Part shown: positions 1-11,784 of the stretch, piece after piece
Layout: each line of letters begins with the position of its first letter
How positions within the stretch are numbered: the stretch's first letter is position 1
From: Chiloscyllium plagiosum
Lineage: Eukaryota
Reading direction: 5' to 3'
Assembly: GCF_004010195.1 (NCBI RefSeq)
Contig: NC_057719.1
Location: 49,643,625 to 49,663,624, forward strand
DNA: 20,000 nt
Position numbers and translations under genes: made by a program
Notes under the pieces: model-generated
What the model was told of the DNA's origin: nothing
Database searches by the model: none
The model's input: only the letters and a program-made list of their open reading frames with translations

Positions 1-41
1 AAGATTGTTTTCAACCACAACCTCATAGGCTGGCTATCCCT

Positions 42-593
42 AAAATTACCTGAATTAAGTTAGCTAGGTTGACTACTAGATTTTAAAACGGACAAAAATT
101 TATTCACAAAATTACACACTGAAACATAAATAACAGAATAAAGAACTCCTATAGAACTCACTCTATCCAAACTTAATTATGCTGTTCTGAATATACATAT
201 CAGTCCCAATAAGCAAACTCCCTTTATAATCCAGTATAAATAGAACATGTGCCTATAGATTGAAGTTGAAGGACAGAAAGAGAGGGAGAGAGTTTCCACA
301 CAGCTCACTGTCGAACACCTCACCAGTTCAGGACTGAACTAAACTGCTCAGCTAGAGAGCTGACCACTCCCCTTTCTTCATACAGGTCACTTCTAAAACA
401 TGACCACTTTGGCCTGAAGTCTCATCTGTTTACATATAAACAAAAGGCCTCTCAAAATCCTTTTCAACTCTGTACCAAACCAGACTGATCGGAGTCTGGC
501 ACGGTTTATGACCCTTCTGAAAAAAATCAAGGACAGAGTCTCCTTGAGCCAAGGAACAGCTTTTAGAAAGAAAAAGAGACTAGTTTTGCCACA
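42..593 (-). mobile_element. LTR, related to the solo LTR at 13830-14448; its 3' end is not resolved
   Basis: Minus strand begins TGTGGCA at 593 and has AATAAA near 99-104. Its reverse complement shares blocks with the 13830 LTR: GAAAGGGGAGTGG(T/C)CAG, GAACAGCAT(A/C)ATTAAGTT and TGT(G/A)AATAAATT. Confidence 0.65.
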
Positions 594-839
594 ATCAGCC
601 CTGGTTGAATGAAAAATGCAAAGGACATGCCAGGATCACTATCAGGACCCAGGGCCTTTGCCGTTTCCAGTAATTTCAGCCATTCTTTGCTATAATGTGA
701 AGTGAATTGAATTGGTTCAATCGTCAATGACCTCTGGAGGAGACCAAGATGGATCAAATACTTGGCACTTCTTGGTAAAGATGCATACAAATCCTTAAGC
801 CTTTTTTTTTTACTGTAATGGGTTAGACTCTACCATTAT

Positions 840-1103
840 TGAGAATGGGGATATTTGTGAAGCCTCCTCCTCCTATTAGTTGTTTAATTGTGTACCACCA
901 TTCATAACTGGATGTGGCAGAACTGGAAAGTCTCGATCTTATCTGTTGGATATGGAATCACATAGCCCTGTCCATTGCATACTGCTGCAGCTGTTTGGCA
1001 TCCAAATAGCTTCACCGAGTTGACACCACAATTTTAGGTATGCCAGGTACTGTTCCTAACAGGCCCTCCTGCAAAAAAATCAGGATTGGCTCTCCAGTTT
1101 TGT
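840..1103 (-). mobile_element. Old non-LTR retrotransposon (CR1/L2-group) ORF2 linker fragment; a short plus-strand piece of the same region lies at about 594-646
   Basis: Degenerate remains of a QPWFNE..C...W.TIKQL.GGG-type endonuclease-RT linker, recognised by eye, with many stops and indels. Confidence 0.45.
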
Positions 1104-1112
1104 CATAAAGCT

Positions 1113-2372
1113 TCTAGAATCATACAGCACAGAAACAGACCTTTTGGTCCAATCAGTCCATGCCGACCATAATCCCAAACTAAACTAGTCCTTCTACCTC
1201 TGCCTGGCCCTTATTCCTCCAAATCTTCCTTATTCATGCATTTATCCAAATGCCTTTTAAATGTTGAAGTTGTACCCACATTTACCACTTCCTCTGATAA
1301 ACTGCACATTTATCCAAATTAAACTCCATCTGTCAAGATCTCTTTGTAATCTTAAGACAACCTTCTTCATTGTCCATTATGCTGCCAATTTTGGTATCAT
1401 CTGCAAACTTACTAACCATGCTTTCTATATTCTCATCTAAATCATTTATATAAATGTCAAGCAAAATCAGACCCAACGTTGATCCCTGAGGAACAGGCCT
1501 TCTGTCCAAAAAAACCACTCTCTATCTCCTGCCGTTAAGCCAATTTTGTATCCCATTGGCAAGCTCACCCTGAATCCCACGTAATCTAACTTTTTGAATT
1601 AGGCCACCATGTGGAACCTTGTTAAAGGCTTTACTAACGTCCAAGTAAATGGTGTCTACCGCTCTGCCCTCAACAATGTTTTTGGTTACTTCCTCAAAAA
1701 ACTCAATCAAATTTGTGAGATATGGTTTCCCTTGCACACAAGCATGCTGACTATCCCTATACATTCTTTGCTTCTCAAAATGCATAAAACTCCCATATTT
1801 TGGAATCACTTCCAACAACATGCCCACCACTGAAGTCAGAATCACAGGTCTATAGTTTCCAAGATTCCTATATTCCTTTTTAAACAAAGGCACAACGTTA
1901 GCCACACTCCAATTACCTGTCACCCTTTTGGTAGTTGTATATATACTTCTGAAAGGGGCCCTGCAATTTCCTCTGTAACTTCCCACAATATCCTGGGATA
2001 CACTAGATCAGGTCCTGGAGATTGACCCATTTTTGTATTTTCTAAGACCTCCAGCACTTCCTCTTCTGTAATGTGAATGGTTTCCAAAACATCCATATTT
2101 ATTTCTCTGCACTCTCCATCGCCCATTTCTTTCTCCACAGTAATGACTGATGTGAAATATTCATTTAATATCTCTCCCATCTCATGAAGTTCAACATAAA
2201 GAAAACCTCTTTGATCATTAAAGGCACTTTTCTCTCTCTCTAGTTGTTCTCTTAATGTACTTGTAGAATCTCCCTGGATTATCCTTAACCTTATCTGTCA
2301 AGGCTATCTCACATCCCCTCTTTGCCTTCCTGATTTCCCTTTTAAGGATGCCCCTGCACTCTTTGTACTGTA
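1113..2372 (-). mobile_element. CR1 LINE (HER1-like), 5'-truncated, internally deleted and frameshifted
   Basis: ORF fragments carry CR1 ORF2/RT motifs: SPGPD..YPRIL, W..ANVVPLFKK...NYRPV.LTS, YLD.SKAF.KVPH, VPQGS.LG and KFADDTKIG. The 3' UTR ends in a GATTCTAG-like tail near 1113. Confidence 0.92.
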
Positions 2373-3211
2373 ATCTAGAAAAATAGGTTAATAAAAAATA
2401 CAAGATCAGTATCAGAAACCTTAGTTACGACCCTGCTTGGACTAAGAAGTATACATGTACAATTGGAGGAGTCTTCCTGTGAACTTCAGGGCCAGGAGCA
2501 TTCTCCATTGAAGCAGTTGAGTTCAGGCTGTAAATCTACACAGCTAGCAGTGAAAAGGATTGACGTTGAAACTGCACTGCACTTTTCAACACCAGCTGCA
2601 GCATTCCAAGATTTAAAAAGTCATTGGGAGAGAGTGGCACATGTCTGAGATTGGGGTGATGTTGGGGTGTCAAGTGGGTTTCTGGCAGTCAGAGGGGTGG
2701 TCAGGTGTCTATGCAATGTCAGTTTAAGTGATTGAGAAGGTCACTTCTACCATGAGCCAGGAGTTACACAATGTTTAGTTCTATTTGGATAGAAATGGAA
2801 TACTGTGCTCATGTGCTTTCTGTAGCCATGTGGCCTATGCCATAATCCACATTCACTGCAGGCAGCCACCTCACAGGCAGATCTAATGAAGACAGAGGGC
2901 AAGAAACATTGTCCTAGATACTCCAAATACTATTGGAACAGATTCAACTTACGATAATCCTGTTAAAAAGTACCCATTTACTTTTGCAGATTTCTCCAGG
3001 CAATATTCTGAGTCTGGTCTGGCGTGAATGCATCCATTGGAGATAACGAGAGAGAAGTCCAACCAATGTCAGAGTAGCATTACAGATCAGGACATGCCGC
3101 TTTTTTATGACAATGATGCTGTATTTCTGGTTTGGAGGTGTCGGTGTTGAACTGGGATGTACAAAGTTAAAAATCACACACAAGATTATAGTCCAACAGG
3201 TTTATTTGGAA

Positions 3212-3246
3212 GTCGAGCTTTCAGAGCGCTGTTCCTTCATCAGGTG
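3212..3246 (-). ncRNA. Minimal hammerhead ribozyme motif in Penelope pLTR (partly degenerate)
   Basis: Minus strand CAC-CUGAUGA-AGGAACAGCGCUCU-GAAA-GCUC-GA. The core is intact but stems I and II carry mismatches. Confidence 0.6.
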
Positions 3247-5324
3247 GTTGTGGAGTATAAGATCATAAGACACAACATTTATTGTGTGTGTGTGTGCTCG
3301 GCCACTCTGCGTTGTTGCCTGTCCCGAAGTCCGCCTTGGAGGATGGTCACCCAAAGGTCCAAGGTCGAATGTCCCAGGCCGCTGAAGTGTTCCCTAAATG
3401 CGAGGGAATACTCTTGGCTGGCAATAGTGTGGTCTCCATTCATCCATTGCCGTAGCCTCTGCTCGGTCTCACCAATGTACCATGCCTCAGGGCATCCTTG
3501 CCTGCAGCATATGAGATAGACAACGTTGACCAAGTCACATGATTACCTGACATGTACATGGTGGGTAGTATCCCCACGTATAATGGTGGTATCCATATCG
3601 ACACTCTGACACGTCTTGCAGCGGTTGCTATGACAGGGTTTTATGGTGTTGTCCTGAAGGAAGGGCAATTTGCTGTGAACAATGATCTGTAGTGGTTTAA
3701 AGGTGAGTAGTGGAGGCGTGGGGAAGGTCTTGATGAGGTGCTCATCCTCATCGATAACGTGTTGCAGGCTGCGAAGAATATGGCATACTCATTCATTCCC
3801 GGGAAGTACTGAACAACCTGTCGGTTGCAGCTCGTGTCTGTCTCCTGAGGAGGTCATTACGGTTTCTCGCAGTTGTACATTGGAACTGACGATCGACGGG
3901 TTGAGCATTGAACCCCATTCTTATGAGGGCATTCTTGAATACTTCCAAGTGCACATCACATTCCCCCTCATCTGAGCAGATCCTGTGTATGCGTAGGGCT
4001 TGTCTGTAGGGGATGGCTGTTTTAGTATGTTTAGGGTGGAAGTTGGAGAAGTGTAGCATCGTGAGGTTATCTGTGGGTTTGCGGTACAGTGAGGGACTGA
4101 AGTGCCCATCCTTGATAGAGATGCATGTGTCTAAGAATGAGACAGATAGTAGAGAGTAATCCATGGTGAGTTTGATGGTGGGATGAAACTCGTTCATATC
4201 ACTGTGTAGTTTCATCAGTGACTCCTCGCCATGGGTCCAGAGGAAGAAAATGTCATCAAGGTATAGTGTTGGATTGGAGATCCTGCGTAGAGAAGAAGTC
4301 TCGTTCAAACTTGTGCATGAAGATATTGGCATAGTGGGGTGCAAATTTGGTCCCCATGGCTGTTCCGTGTATCTGGATGAAGAACTGGTTATCAAAGGTG
4401 AAAACATTATGGTCGAGGATAAAGCAGATGAGTTGTAGGATGGTGTTTGGAGATTGGCAGTTGTTGGTGTTGAGTACTGAGGCTGCTGCCGCAATGCCGT
4501 CATTGTGGGGGATGCTGATGTAGAGTGCTGCAATGTCCATTATGACAAAGAGAGTTACCGGTTCGACTGGTCCTGGGTGTTGAGTTTCTGTTAGAAATCT
4601 GTAGTGTCGCCACAGAAGCTGGGGGTCCCTGTACTAAGCATTTCAAGATGCCTTTGACATAGCCAGAGAGGTTCTCACACAGAGTTCCATTGCCTGATAC
4701 AATGGGATGTTCTGGTGTGTTGGCTTTGTGTGTTGGCAGTGTGTTGGCAGTGAAGTCACCTACACAAGGAGTTAGTGGGATGAGTGCGCGTAGGGAACTC
4801 TGAAGAACTGGATCCAAAGTCCTGATCAATGTGTTTAGTTCAACAGTATAGTTCTTTGGTCGGATTGGCCTGTAGTTGCCTGTAGTGTTCCTGGTTGTTC
4901 AGTTGTGAGTACACTTCCTGGTAGAAATCTATTCTATTCTGAATGAAGAATGCTCCTCCTTTATCTGCTGGTTTGATGGCAATGTTGTGATTGGTTTTAA
5001 GAGCATGGATGGCGTTGCGTTGTAATCGGGTGAATGTTTTACTCTACCTTGTGGGTGTAGCTGATGAATCTGGCATTTATATATTTCCTGACGGTTTGAG
5101 CATACATGTCAAGCCCAGGGCAGCAGCCCTCTGGTAGGGTCCAAGTTGACTCCTTCTTTGGTCACCCCTCTATGAATTCCTGTAATAACTGTTCTGGTTC
5201 CTCGGTGGGCTCATTGGGATCACTACTGGCATCTTGAAAGAATTCCCTGAGTTTCATTCGGAGTTCTGTACCTATGGGTATGGCCTCAACCAGGACCTTG
5301 GGTTCATGTCACACCACAAGTGAC

Positions 5325-5615
5325 CCCACTGCACTACACATTCTCTCACACATACGCACACAAGGGCATGCACGCATGCGCACCCATACACACACACGCG
5401 TGCACTAGCACAAGCACACAAACTCCTATAGACCCATATACTCACGCAAACACTCTCTCATACACAAGCTCTCTCTCATATACTCACACATACACACCTC
5501 CTACACTCACACCCACACCTGCACCCTCTCACAGACTTATACCCCTTTACACTCATATGCATACACACACACACACTCTCTCACAGACACTCATACACCC
5601 CACACACACACATAT
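5325..5615 (+). repeat. Degenerate CA/CT-rich low-complexity tract in the Penelope 3' UTR
   Basis: Imperfect (CA)n/(CT)n runs directly after the plus-strand GLNQDLGFMSHHK* stop. Confidence 0.85.
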
Positions 5616-5991
5616 ATAAGATTGTGGAGCAAATTTGTACTTGCAGAATTACATTTTATTTTGCTCAAAAACTGCTTGAATCTATGTTAGATTCTGTAAA
5701 TCCCTTTTTTGGAAATAGAATCTGTCTGAACATCGGGGCACAAATAGATAGACTATAACCTCACACTTTCAATCCATTATCTGAGCTGACATGGCATTTA
5801 TTGTTAAACTTCACTTGAGAATGTAACTTTAACTTTCATTTACATATGAAAGAACTGAAACCAACATTGTCATTCTAAAAGGTGAGAGACTTAACTAACA
5901 ATACAAGTCATTTTCGATATATCATTTCAGTTGCATCACACTGTAAACTTTTACTATAAATCTTGTGTCTTAAGATCTTATACACCACAAC

Positions 5992-6026
5992 CACCTGATG
6001 AAGGAGCAGCACTTCGAAAGCTAGTG
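5992..6026 (+). ncRNA. Minimal hammerhead ribozyme motif in Penelope pLTR
   Basis: CAC-CUGAUGA-A-GGAG(CAGCA)CUUC-GAAA-GCUA-GUG: stem I CAC/GUG, stem II GGAG/CUUC, palindromic AGCU stem III, NUH triplet CUA. Confidence 0.72.
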
Positions 6027-6755
6027 TTTCCAAATAAACATGTTGGACTATAACCTAATGCTGTATTTCAGGAGTTAAAGGCCCCAAAACCACTGACAAT
6101 GACGGAGGAGAAAATAAATCTATAAGGTCAGAGAGGTAATGTGCCAGGTGGGGAACAGAAGTAAGGTGCCAAGTGGGTAAGAGATTATAGGGTGTCAGGT
6201 GGGTGTAGGAGATAGGCTGCCAGGCATATGTGGGAGGTAGGATGCTAGATGGGTACCTATGGTAGGTTGGGAGGAGGGTCAGTTATTGTCAGGAGTGGTA
6301 TTTGAATGCAGCAGGGCCAGACTGGGTGGGAAGATAGTACCTACTCAAGCAGGCTGGGGCTTTAGGCAGCATTGGTGGAAGATTATTGGGTTCAACAGCT
6401 ATCATAGAGTCAATGATGATTTTGGGAGAAAGTTGATAGTTACCAAGGGCTTCGAATAGGTTTTTATCTCACCTTTCCAGGGTAACTATTGAGCTTAAAT
6501 GAATTTGAACCCTCTAAATTCTCTGAGATTAATTTATTCTTTTGGAGGGATCCAGACACAGGGAAATTCCTCACTGGAAAATTTAACTTCATGGGCAATT
6601 CTCAAGGGTTCTGTTGCATTGGGGATTCTGTACGGTCCTGACACACAACAACTGTCCATGTTGCTCCAGCAACTCTCTGACCATCAAATATTTAGGCCAC
6701 TGTAGTGCTGTAACAAATCTATCTGCTTCTCCTGACTTACTTTTCAGGTACTTCA

Positions 6756-7017
6756 GGGCAGCATGGTGGCTCAGTGGTCAACACTGCTGCCTGGGTTCAA
6801 TTCCAGTCTTGGGCAACTGTCTGTGTTGAGTTTGTGCATTCTCCCTGTGTCTGTGTAGGTTTCCTACAACAGTACAGGAATATGTAGGTTTGGCAAATTA
6901 GCCAGGGGAATGCAGGGTTATAGGGTGGGGTGGGGGGGGGTATTGGATGCTCTTCAGAGGGTCAGTTTGGATTCGATGGGCCAAATGGCCTGCTTTCACA
7001 TTGTAGGGATTCTATGA
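6756..7017 (+). mobile_element. tRNA-derived SINE (HE1/V-SINE-like), internally deleted
   Basis: A box TGGCTCAGTGG, B box GGGTTCAATTCC, V-domain-like TCTGTGTTGAGTTTG..CATTCTCCCTGTGTCTG, and CR1-like tail GGGATTCTATGA. Confidence 0.85.
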
Positions 7018-7329
7018 AGTCAGTTAGGACCCTCTAAAGCCTGCAGTTGTAATTCAATTGGGGACTTTTTCAAAGAGTTCCAGACGAGGTAATTGCCCAT
7101 CAAGAGTTTCCATTTTCTGTACAATTCCCATATATTCAATTCTACATGCTCCAGGGGAATATCTTTCAGTGTACATCCAGCCTCCAACTGTCCTCACTCC
7201 TGAACATTAGGGCAGTCATTTCTCAGGACCTGACATCAGCTTGAATTTCTATCGGTTCTTACTTAATTAATTTAGAACTGACTCAGCATGTTGGCAGCTG
7301 CAAAGCAGTTTAGTTTAAATATTTCTCAC

Positions 7330-7412
7330 CTCCAATTTGCGAGGAGGATGTTTTTTGATAATGCTCCTTTCCCCATCATCCAAAGGGCTTTCAAATGAGG
7401 AGGCGTGAGGTA
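7330..7412 (-). CDS. CCDC198: Coding exon 2 of the CCDC198/FAME-like gene ((I)PHASSFESPLDDGERSIIKKHPPRKLE)
   Basis: 83-nt exon with a long polypyrimidine tract and acceptor (ttttcatttttcaAG) and donor GAG|GTGAGA. Phase 1 in, phase 0 out, no stops. The peptide resembles recalled human CCDC198 FDIPLEHRETSIIKRHPPQRLQ. This frame is not in the supplied ORF track. Confidence 0.85.
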
Positions 7413-7483
7413 CTTGAAAAATGAAAACATAAAGAAAAACAGAGAGTCATACAGTTTTAACAGCATGTCCACGTGGTCATCAA

Positions 7484-8025
7484 GCATTATGTTGCATGTT
7501 CTAATCCCACTTTCCAGCATTTAGCCTATTGTTTTGCACTTGCATTTCAAGTGGAAATCTAAATACGTCTTAAATATCTTAATGGTTCTTACATGAACCA
7601 TCCTTTCAGTAGTGAGCTCCACATATACACAATCCGCTAGGTGATTTATTTTTCTTTCAAATCTCCTTTAAACCTGCATACCTTAAATCTGTGCCCCCGG
7701 TTGCTGGCCCCCCTACTAAGGGGAAAGATTTCTCCCTATCAATGCCCTTCATTACTTTGTACACTTCAATCAGGTCCCGCCTCAGCCATCTCTGCTCTAA
7801 AAAATACAACTCCAGCCTATCCAGTCTCTATTCATAGCTGAATCACTCTATTCAGCAACATCCTGGCGATCTCCTTCACACAGTCTCTCGTGCAATCACA
7901 TCCTTCCTACAGAATGGCGACCAGACCTACACACAGTACTTCAGCTGCAGCCTAACTCATGACCTCCCTGCTCTTATCGTCAATGCCTTTATAATAAAGG
8001 CAAGTATCCTATATACCTACTGAAC
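7484..8025 (-). mobile_element. Old CR1 3' fragment
   Basis: Degenerate similarity to the 3' part of the CR1 at 17535-18120 (for example CCAGCCTATCCAGTCTCT..CATAGCTG and GCAACATCCTGG). Confidence 0.6.
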
Positions 8026-8287
8026 CAGCTGTCTTGGGGTGGCTCAGTGGTTAGCATTGCTGCCTCACAGTGCCAGGGACCTGGGTTCAAGTTCAGCCTT
8101 AGGCGACTACCTGTGTGGAGTTTGTACGTTCTCTATTTGTCTATGTAGGTCCCCAGTGGGTGCTTTGGTTTCCTCCCACAGTTCAAAGATGTGCAGGTTA
8201 AGTGGATTGTCCAGTGTCCAGGGATGTGTAAATTAGGTGGATTAGCCATGGGAATTACAGGGTAGGAGGCTGAGTCTGGGTGGGCCA

Positions 8288-10657
8288 CTTCCTTTTTTTT
8301 TCAAAAATATACTTTATTCATAAAAATATTTTGATGATCTGTACAATTGGTCATGCCATACATACATAAACATTCAATTTCTTTGCATACAGAGATCGAG
8401 TAATCATTCATATATGCATACATATATCCATATGTTTAGCTGAGGCGTCATCAGAGCCCACTTACTGCGTGGGCCGCCTGTTCTTTGGCAGGCAGACATT
8501 ACACGGTGGTCTTTCACCACCGCACCTTGGCAGCAGCTGCCCCGAGCTTCAGTGCGTCCCTCAACACGTAGTCCTGGACCTTGGAATGTGCCGGTCCGCA
8601 ACACTTAGTCGGGGTCAGCTCCTTCAGCTGGAAGATCAACAGGTTCCGGACAGACCAAAGAGTGTCTTTCACCGAGCTAATGATCCTCCAGGCACAGTTG
8701 ATGTTCGTCTCGGTGTGCATCCCGGGGAACAGACCGTAGAGCATGGAATCCCGCGTCACGGAACTGCTCGGGACGAACCTCGACAAATACCACTGCATTT
8801 GTCTCCAGACTTCCTTTGCATAGGCACATTCCAGAAGGAGGTGTGTGACAGTCTCGTCCCCCCCGCAGCCGCTTTGAGGGCAGCGTGCGGTGCGGCAGAG
8901 AGTCCGGGCGTGCATAAAGGATCTCACAGGCAGAGCCCTTCTCACCACCAGCCAAGCCATGTCAGGGTGCTTGTTGGAAGGTTCTGGCGGTGAGACAGTC
9001 TGCCAAATGGCTTTGACAGTCTGCTCAGGGAGCCGCAAGATAGGATCCGCCCTCTCCTTTTCCCGAAGGGTCTCAAGGACACTACATGCTGACCGTTTCG
9101 TGATGGACTTGTGGTCAAAGGTGCTTTTCTTCATAAATTTCTCTACGAAGGACAGGTGATACGGAACGGTCCAAATACTTGGAGCGTTCCGCAGCAGCGG
9201 GGCCAGGCCCATCCATCGCAACTCCGGGGACAGGTAGAACCTCAGTACGTAGGATCCACACACAGCTTGATGCAGCCACACACAAAGGTGGCCATCAGGG
9301 TGAGGGTGGCAATGGGTGTGTTTTTTCCCCCGTTGCTCAGAGCTTTGTACATCAAGTCCCTTCGAACCCTGGCCATCTTTGATCTTCATATAAAATGGAA
9401 GATAGCCTGGGTGACTGCGACCGCACAGGTCCTGGGAATAGGCCAGACCTGTGCCACATATAAAACAGTGACAGTGCCTCACACCTGATGACCAGGTTTT
9501 TACCCGCGATGGAGAGCAACCGTAGCTTCCATCTGCCCAGTTCTGCCTCACTTTCTTGAATGCTCCTCCCAAGACTTGGCACACGCCCCAGCCTCTCCCA
9601 GGTGGTAAGTCCTGATGGTGAAGGGGATGAAGGATTGGTCGGCTCAGTTCCCGAAGAGCACGGCCTCAATCTTGCTTCGGTTTACCTTGGCCCCCAAGGC
9701 CCATTCGAACTGGTCACATATACACATCAGTTTGTGCACGGACAGCGGATCCAAGCAGAAACGGCGACATCATCCATGTACAGGGAGGCCTTAACCTGCA
9801 GGCCCTCGCTGCCAGGAATAGTCACCCCTCTCAGGCTCACATCCTTCCTGATGTACTCAGCAAATGGCTCTGTGCCGCACACAAACAAGGCAGGAGAGAG
9901 AGGGCAGCCCTGCCTGATTCCAGATCTGACTGGGAAGCTGTCTGTTTCCCACCCATTGATTGAGACTGCACTGACAATGTTGGTGTAGAGCAGTCTGATC
10001 CAATTGCAGATTCCCTCCCCAAAGCCCATTTTGGAGAGAACTTCTCTCATATACCTGTGTGATATCCTGTCAAAGGCTTTCTCCTGGTCCAGGCTGATCA
10101 GGCAGGTGTCCAGACCCTTGTCCTGTACGTAGGCGATCGTATCCTTGAGGAGTGCAAGACTCTCAGCGATCTTCCTGCCCGGTACAGCACAGGTTTGGTC
10201 AGGGTGAATCACCGACCCCAGAGCAGACCTGACCCGGTTGGCTATGACCTTTGCCAAGATTTTGTAATCTGCATTTAATAATGAGATTGGTCTCCAGTTT
10301 CTGATTTCCTCCCTCTCCCCCTTCCGCTTGTAGATGAGGGTGATGATGCCTTTCCTCGTGGATTCACTCATGGTACCTGCCCGAAGCATACTGACATACA
10401 CCTCCAGTAGGTCCTGGCCAATCAAGTCCCACAGAGCAGAATAGAGCTCGACTGGTAAGCCCTCGCTCCCGGGAGTTTTATTCTTTTCGAAGGACTCGAG
10501 GGCCTTGGTCAGCTCGTTTAGAGATAGCGGCTGGTCCAGTCTCTCCCGTGTTCTGTCATCTAAGACCTCTGTGATTGAGGACAGGAATGACTGTCGGTCG
10601 GCTTCGAGTCATACAGACTGGCATAGAAGGATTTGCCGATCCTCATAACGTCAGTCC
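8288..10657 (-). mobile_element. Tx1/L1-type non-LTR retrotransposon, 5'-truncated, ORF2 RT + CCHC with frameshifts
   Basis: NWRPISLLNADYKILAK, LDQEKAFDR, GIRQGCPLSP, YMDD and C-terminal CPQSGCGGDETVTHLLLEC. AATAAA and poly(A) at about 8293-8318 on the minus strand. 16-bp TSD GAGTCTGGGTGGGCCA at 8272-8287 and 10658-10673. Confidence 0.92.
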
Positions 10658-10741
10658 GAGTCTGGGTGGGCCAGAGTGGTGAATCTGGATCAGTGGTGTT
10701 GGAAGAGCACAGCAATTCAGGCAGCATCCGAGGACAGGCAA

Positions 10742-10777
10742 AATCGATGTTTCGGGCAAAAGCCCTTCATCAGGAAT
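10742..10777 (-). ncRNA. Minimal hammerhead ribozyme motif (stem III variant ACAU)
   Basis: Minus strand AUUC-CUGAUGA-A-GGGC(UUUU)GCCC-GAAA-CAUC-GAUU. Confidence 0.65.
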
Positions 10778-10817
10778 AAAGGCAGAGAGCCTGAAGCGTG
10801 GAGAGATAAGCTAGAGG

Positions 10818-11686
10818 NNNNNNNNNNNNNNNNNNNNNNNNNNNNNNNNNNNNNNNNNNNNNNNNNNNNNNNNNNNNNNNNNNNNNNNNNNNNNNNNNNN
10901 NNNNNNNNNNNNNNNNNNNNNNNNNNNNNNNNNNNNNNNNNNNNNNNNNNNNNNNNNNNNNNNNNNNNNNNNNNNNNNNNNNNNNNNNNNNNNNNNNNNN
11001 NNNNNNNNNNNNNNNNNNNNNNNNNNNNNNNNNNNNNNNNNNNNNNNNNNNNNNNNNNNNNNNNNNNNNNNNNNNNNNNNNNNNNNNNNNNNNNNNNNNN
11101 NNNNNNNNNNNNNNNNNNNNNNNNNNNNNNNNNNNNNNNNNNNNNNNNNNNNNNNNNNNNNNNNNNNNNNNNNNNNNNNNNNNNNNNNNNNNNNNNNNNN
11201 NNNNNNNNNNNNNNNNNNNNNNNNNNNNNNNNNNNNNNNNNNNNNNNNNNNNNNNNNNNNNNNNNNNNNNNNNNNNNNNNNNNNNNNNNNNNNNNNNNNN
11301 NNNNNNNNNNNNNNNNNNNNNNNNNNNNNNNNNNNNNNNNNNNNNNNNNNNNNNNNNNNNNNNNNNNNNNNNNNNNNNNNNNNNNNNNNNNNNNNNNNNN
11401 NNNNNNNNNNNNNNNNNNNNNNNNNNNNNNNNNNNNNNNNNNNNNNNNNNNNNNNNNNNNNNNNNNNNNNNNNNNNNNNNNNNNNNNNNNNNNNNNNNNN
11501 NNNNNNNNNNNNNNNNNNNNNNNNNNNNNNNNNNNNNNNNNNNNNNNNNNNNNNNNNNNNNNNNNNNNNNNNNNNNNNNNNNNNNNNNNNNNNNNNNNNN
11601 NNNNNNNNNNNNNNNNNNNNNNNNNNNNNNNNNNNNNNNNNNNNNNNNNNNNNNNNNNNNNNNNNNNNNNNNNNNNNNNNNNNNNN
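10818..11686. other. Assembly gap (869 N)
   Basis: Run of N. A second 20-N gap lies at 17711-17730. Confidence 1.
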
Positions 11687-11748
11687 ACTCTCTCCCCACC
11701 CCTACCCTCCTCTAGCTTATCTCTCAACCCTTCAGGCTCTCTGCCTTT

Positions 11749-11784
11749 ATTCCTGATGAAGGGCTTTTGCCCGAAACGTCGATT
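11749..11784 (+). ncRNA. Minimal hammerhead ribozyme motif
   Basis: AUUC-CUGAUGA-A-GGGC(UUUU)GCCC-GAAA-CGUC-GAUU: perfect stem II, palindromic ACGU stem III, canonical GUC cleavage triplet, short stem I. Confidence 0.78.

Larger units (their letters stand above)
3128..6057 (-). mobile_element. Penelope-like element (Neptune type), decayed RT + GIY-YIG on the minus strand, with an inverted 3' segment and pLTR on the plus strand (about 5261-6056)
   Basis: RT motifs DIAALYISIP, GTAMGTKFAP.YANIFM, YLDDIF, FLD and LYRKPTD. Cys linker KPCHSNRCKTC. GIY-YIG VVYLI.C...WYIGET..RLR. Inverted pLTR arms at 3183-3282 and 5956-6056. Flanking direct repeat ATGCTGTATTTC at 3116-3127 and 6058-6069. Confidence 0.93.

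Noticed and set aside
650..733. Possible exon 3 of the CCDC198-like gene (ctcctccAG|RSLTIEPIQFTSHYSKEW...), phase-compatible with a faint LEPI-like match
   Set aside because: No credible splice donor, weak similarity, and it lies among decayed repeats. Exon 3 may be outside the window.
2947..2970. Minus-strand tttttaacAG|GATTATC|GTAAGT 7-nt microexon-like pattern
   Set aside because: It would shift the frame and has no supporting homology, so it is likely chance.
5320..5619. His/Thr-rich 99-aa ORF
   Set aside because: Translation of CA-rich low-complexity sequence.
6756..6810. tRNA gene (A and B boxes), also at 8036 and 16369
   Set aside because: These are SINE heads with no complete cloverleaf, each followed by SINE body and tail.
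7326..7520. 64-aa minus-strand ORF over exon 2
   Set aside because: Wrong frame. It translates the polypyrimidine tract; the real exon uses another frame.
8469..9988. Plus-strand ORFs of 89-174 aa
   Set aside because: Antisense shadows of the GC-rich Tx1-type ORF2.
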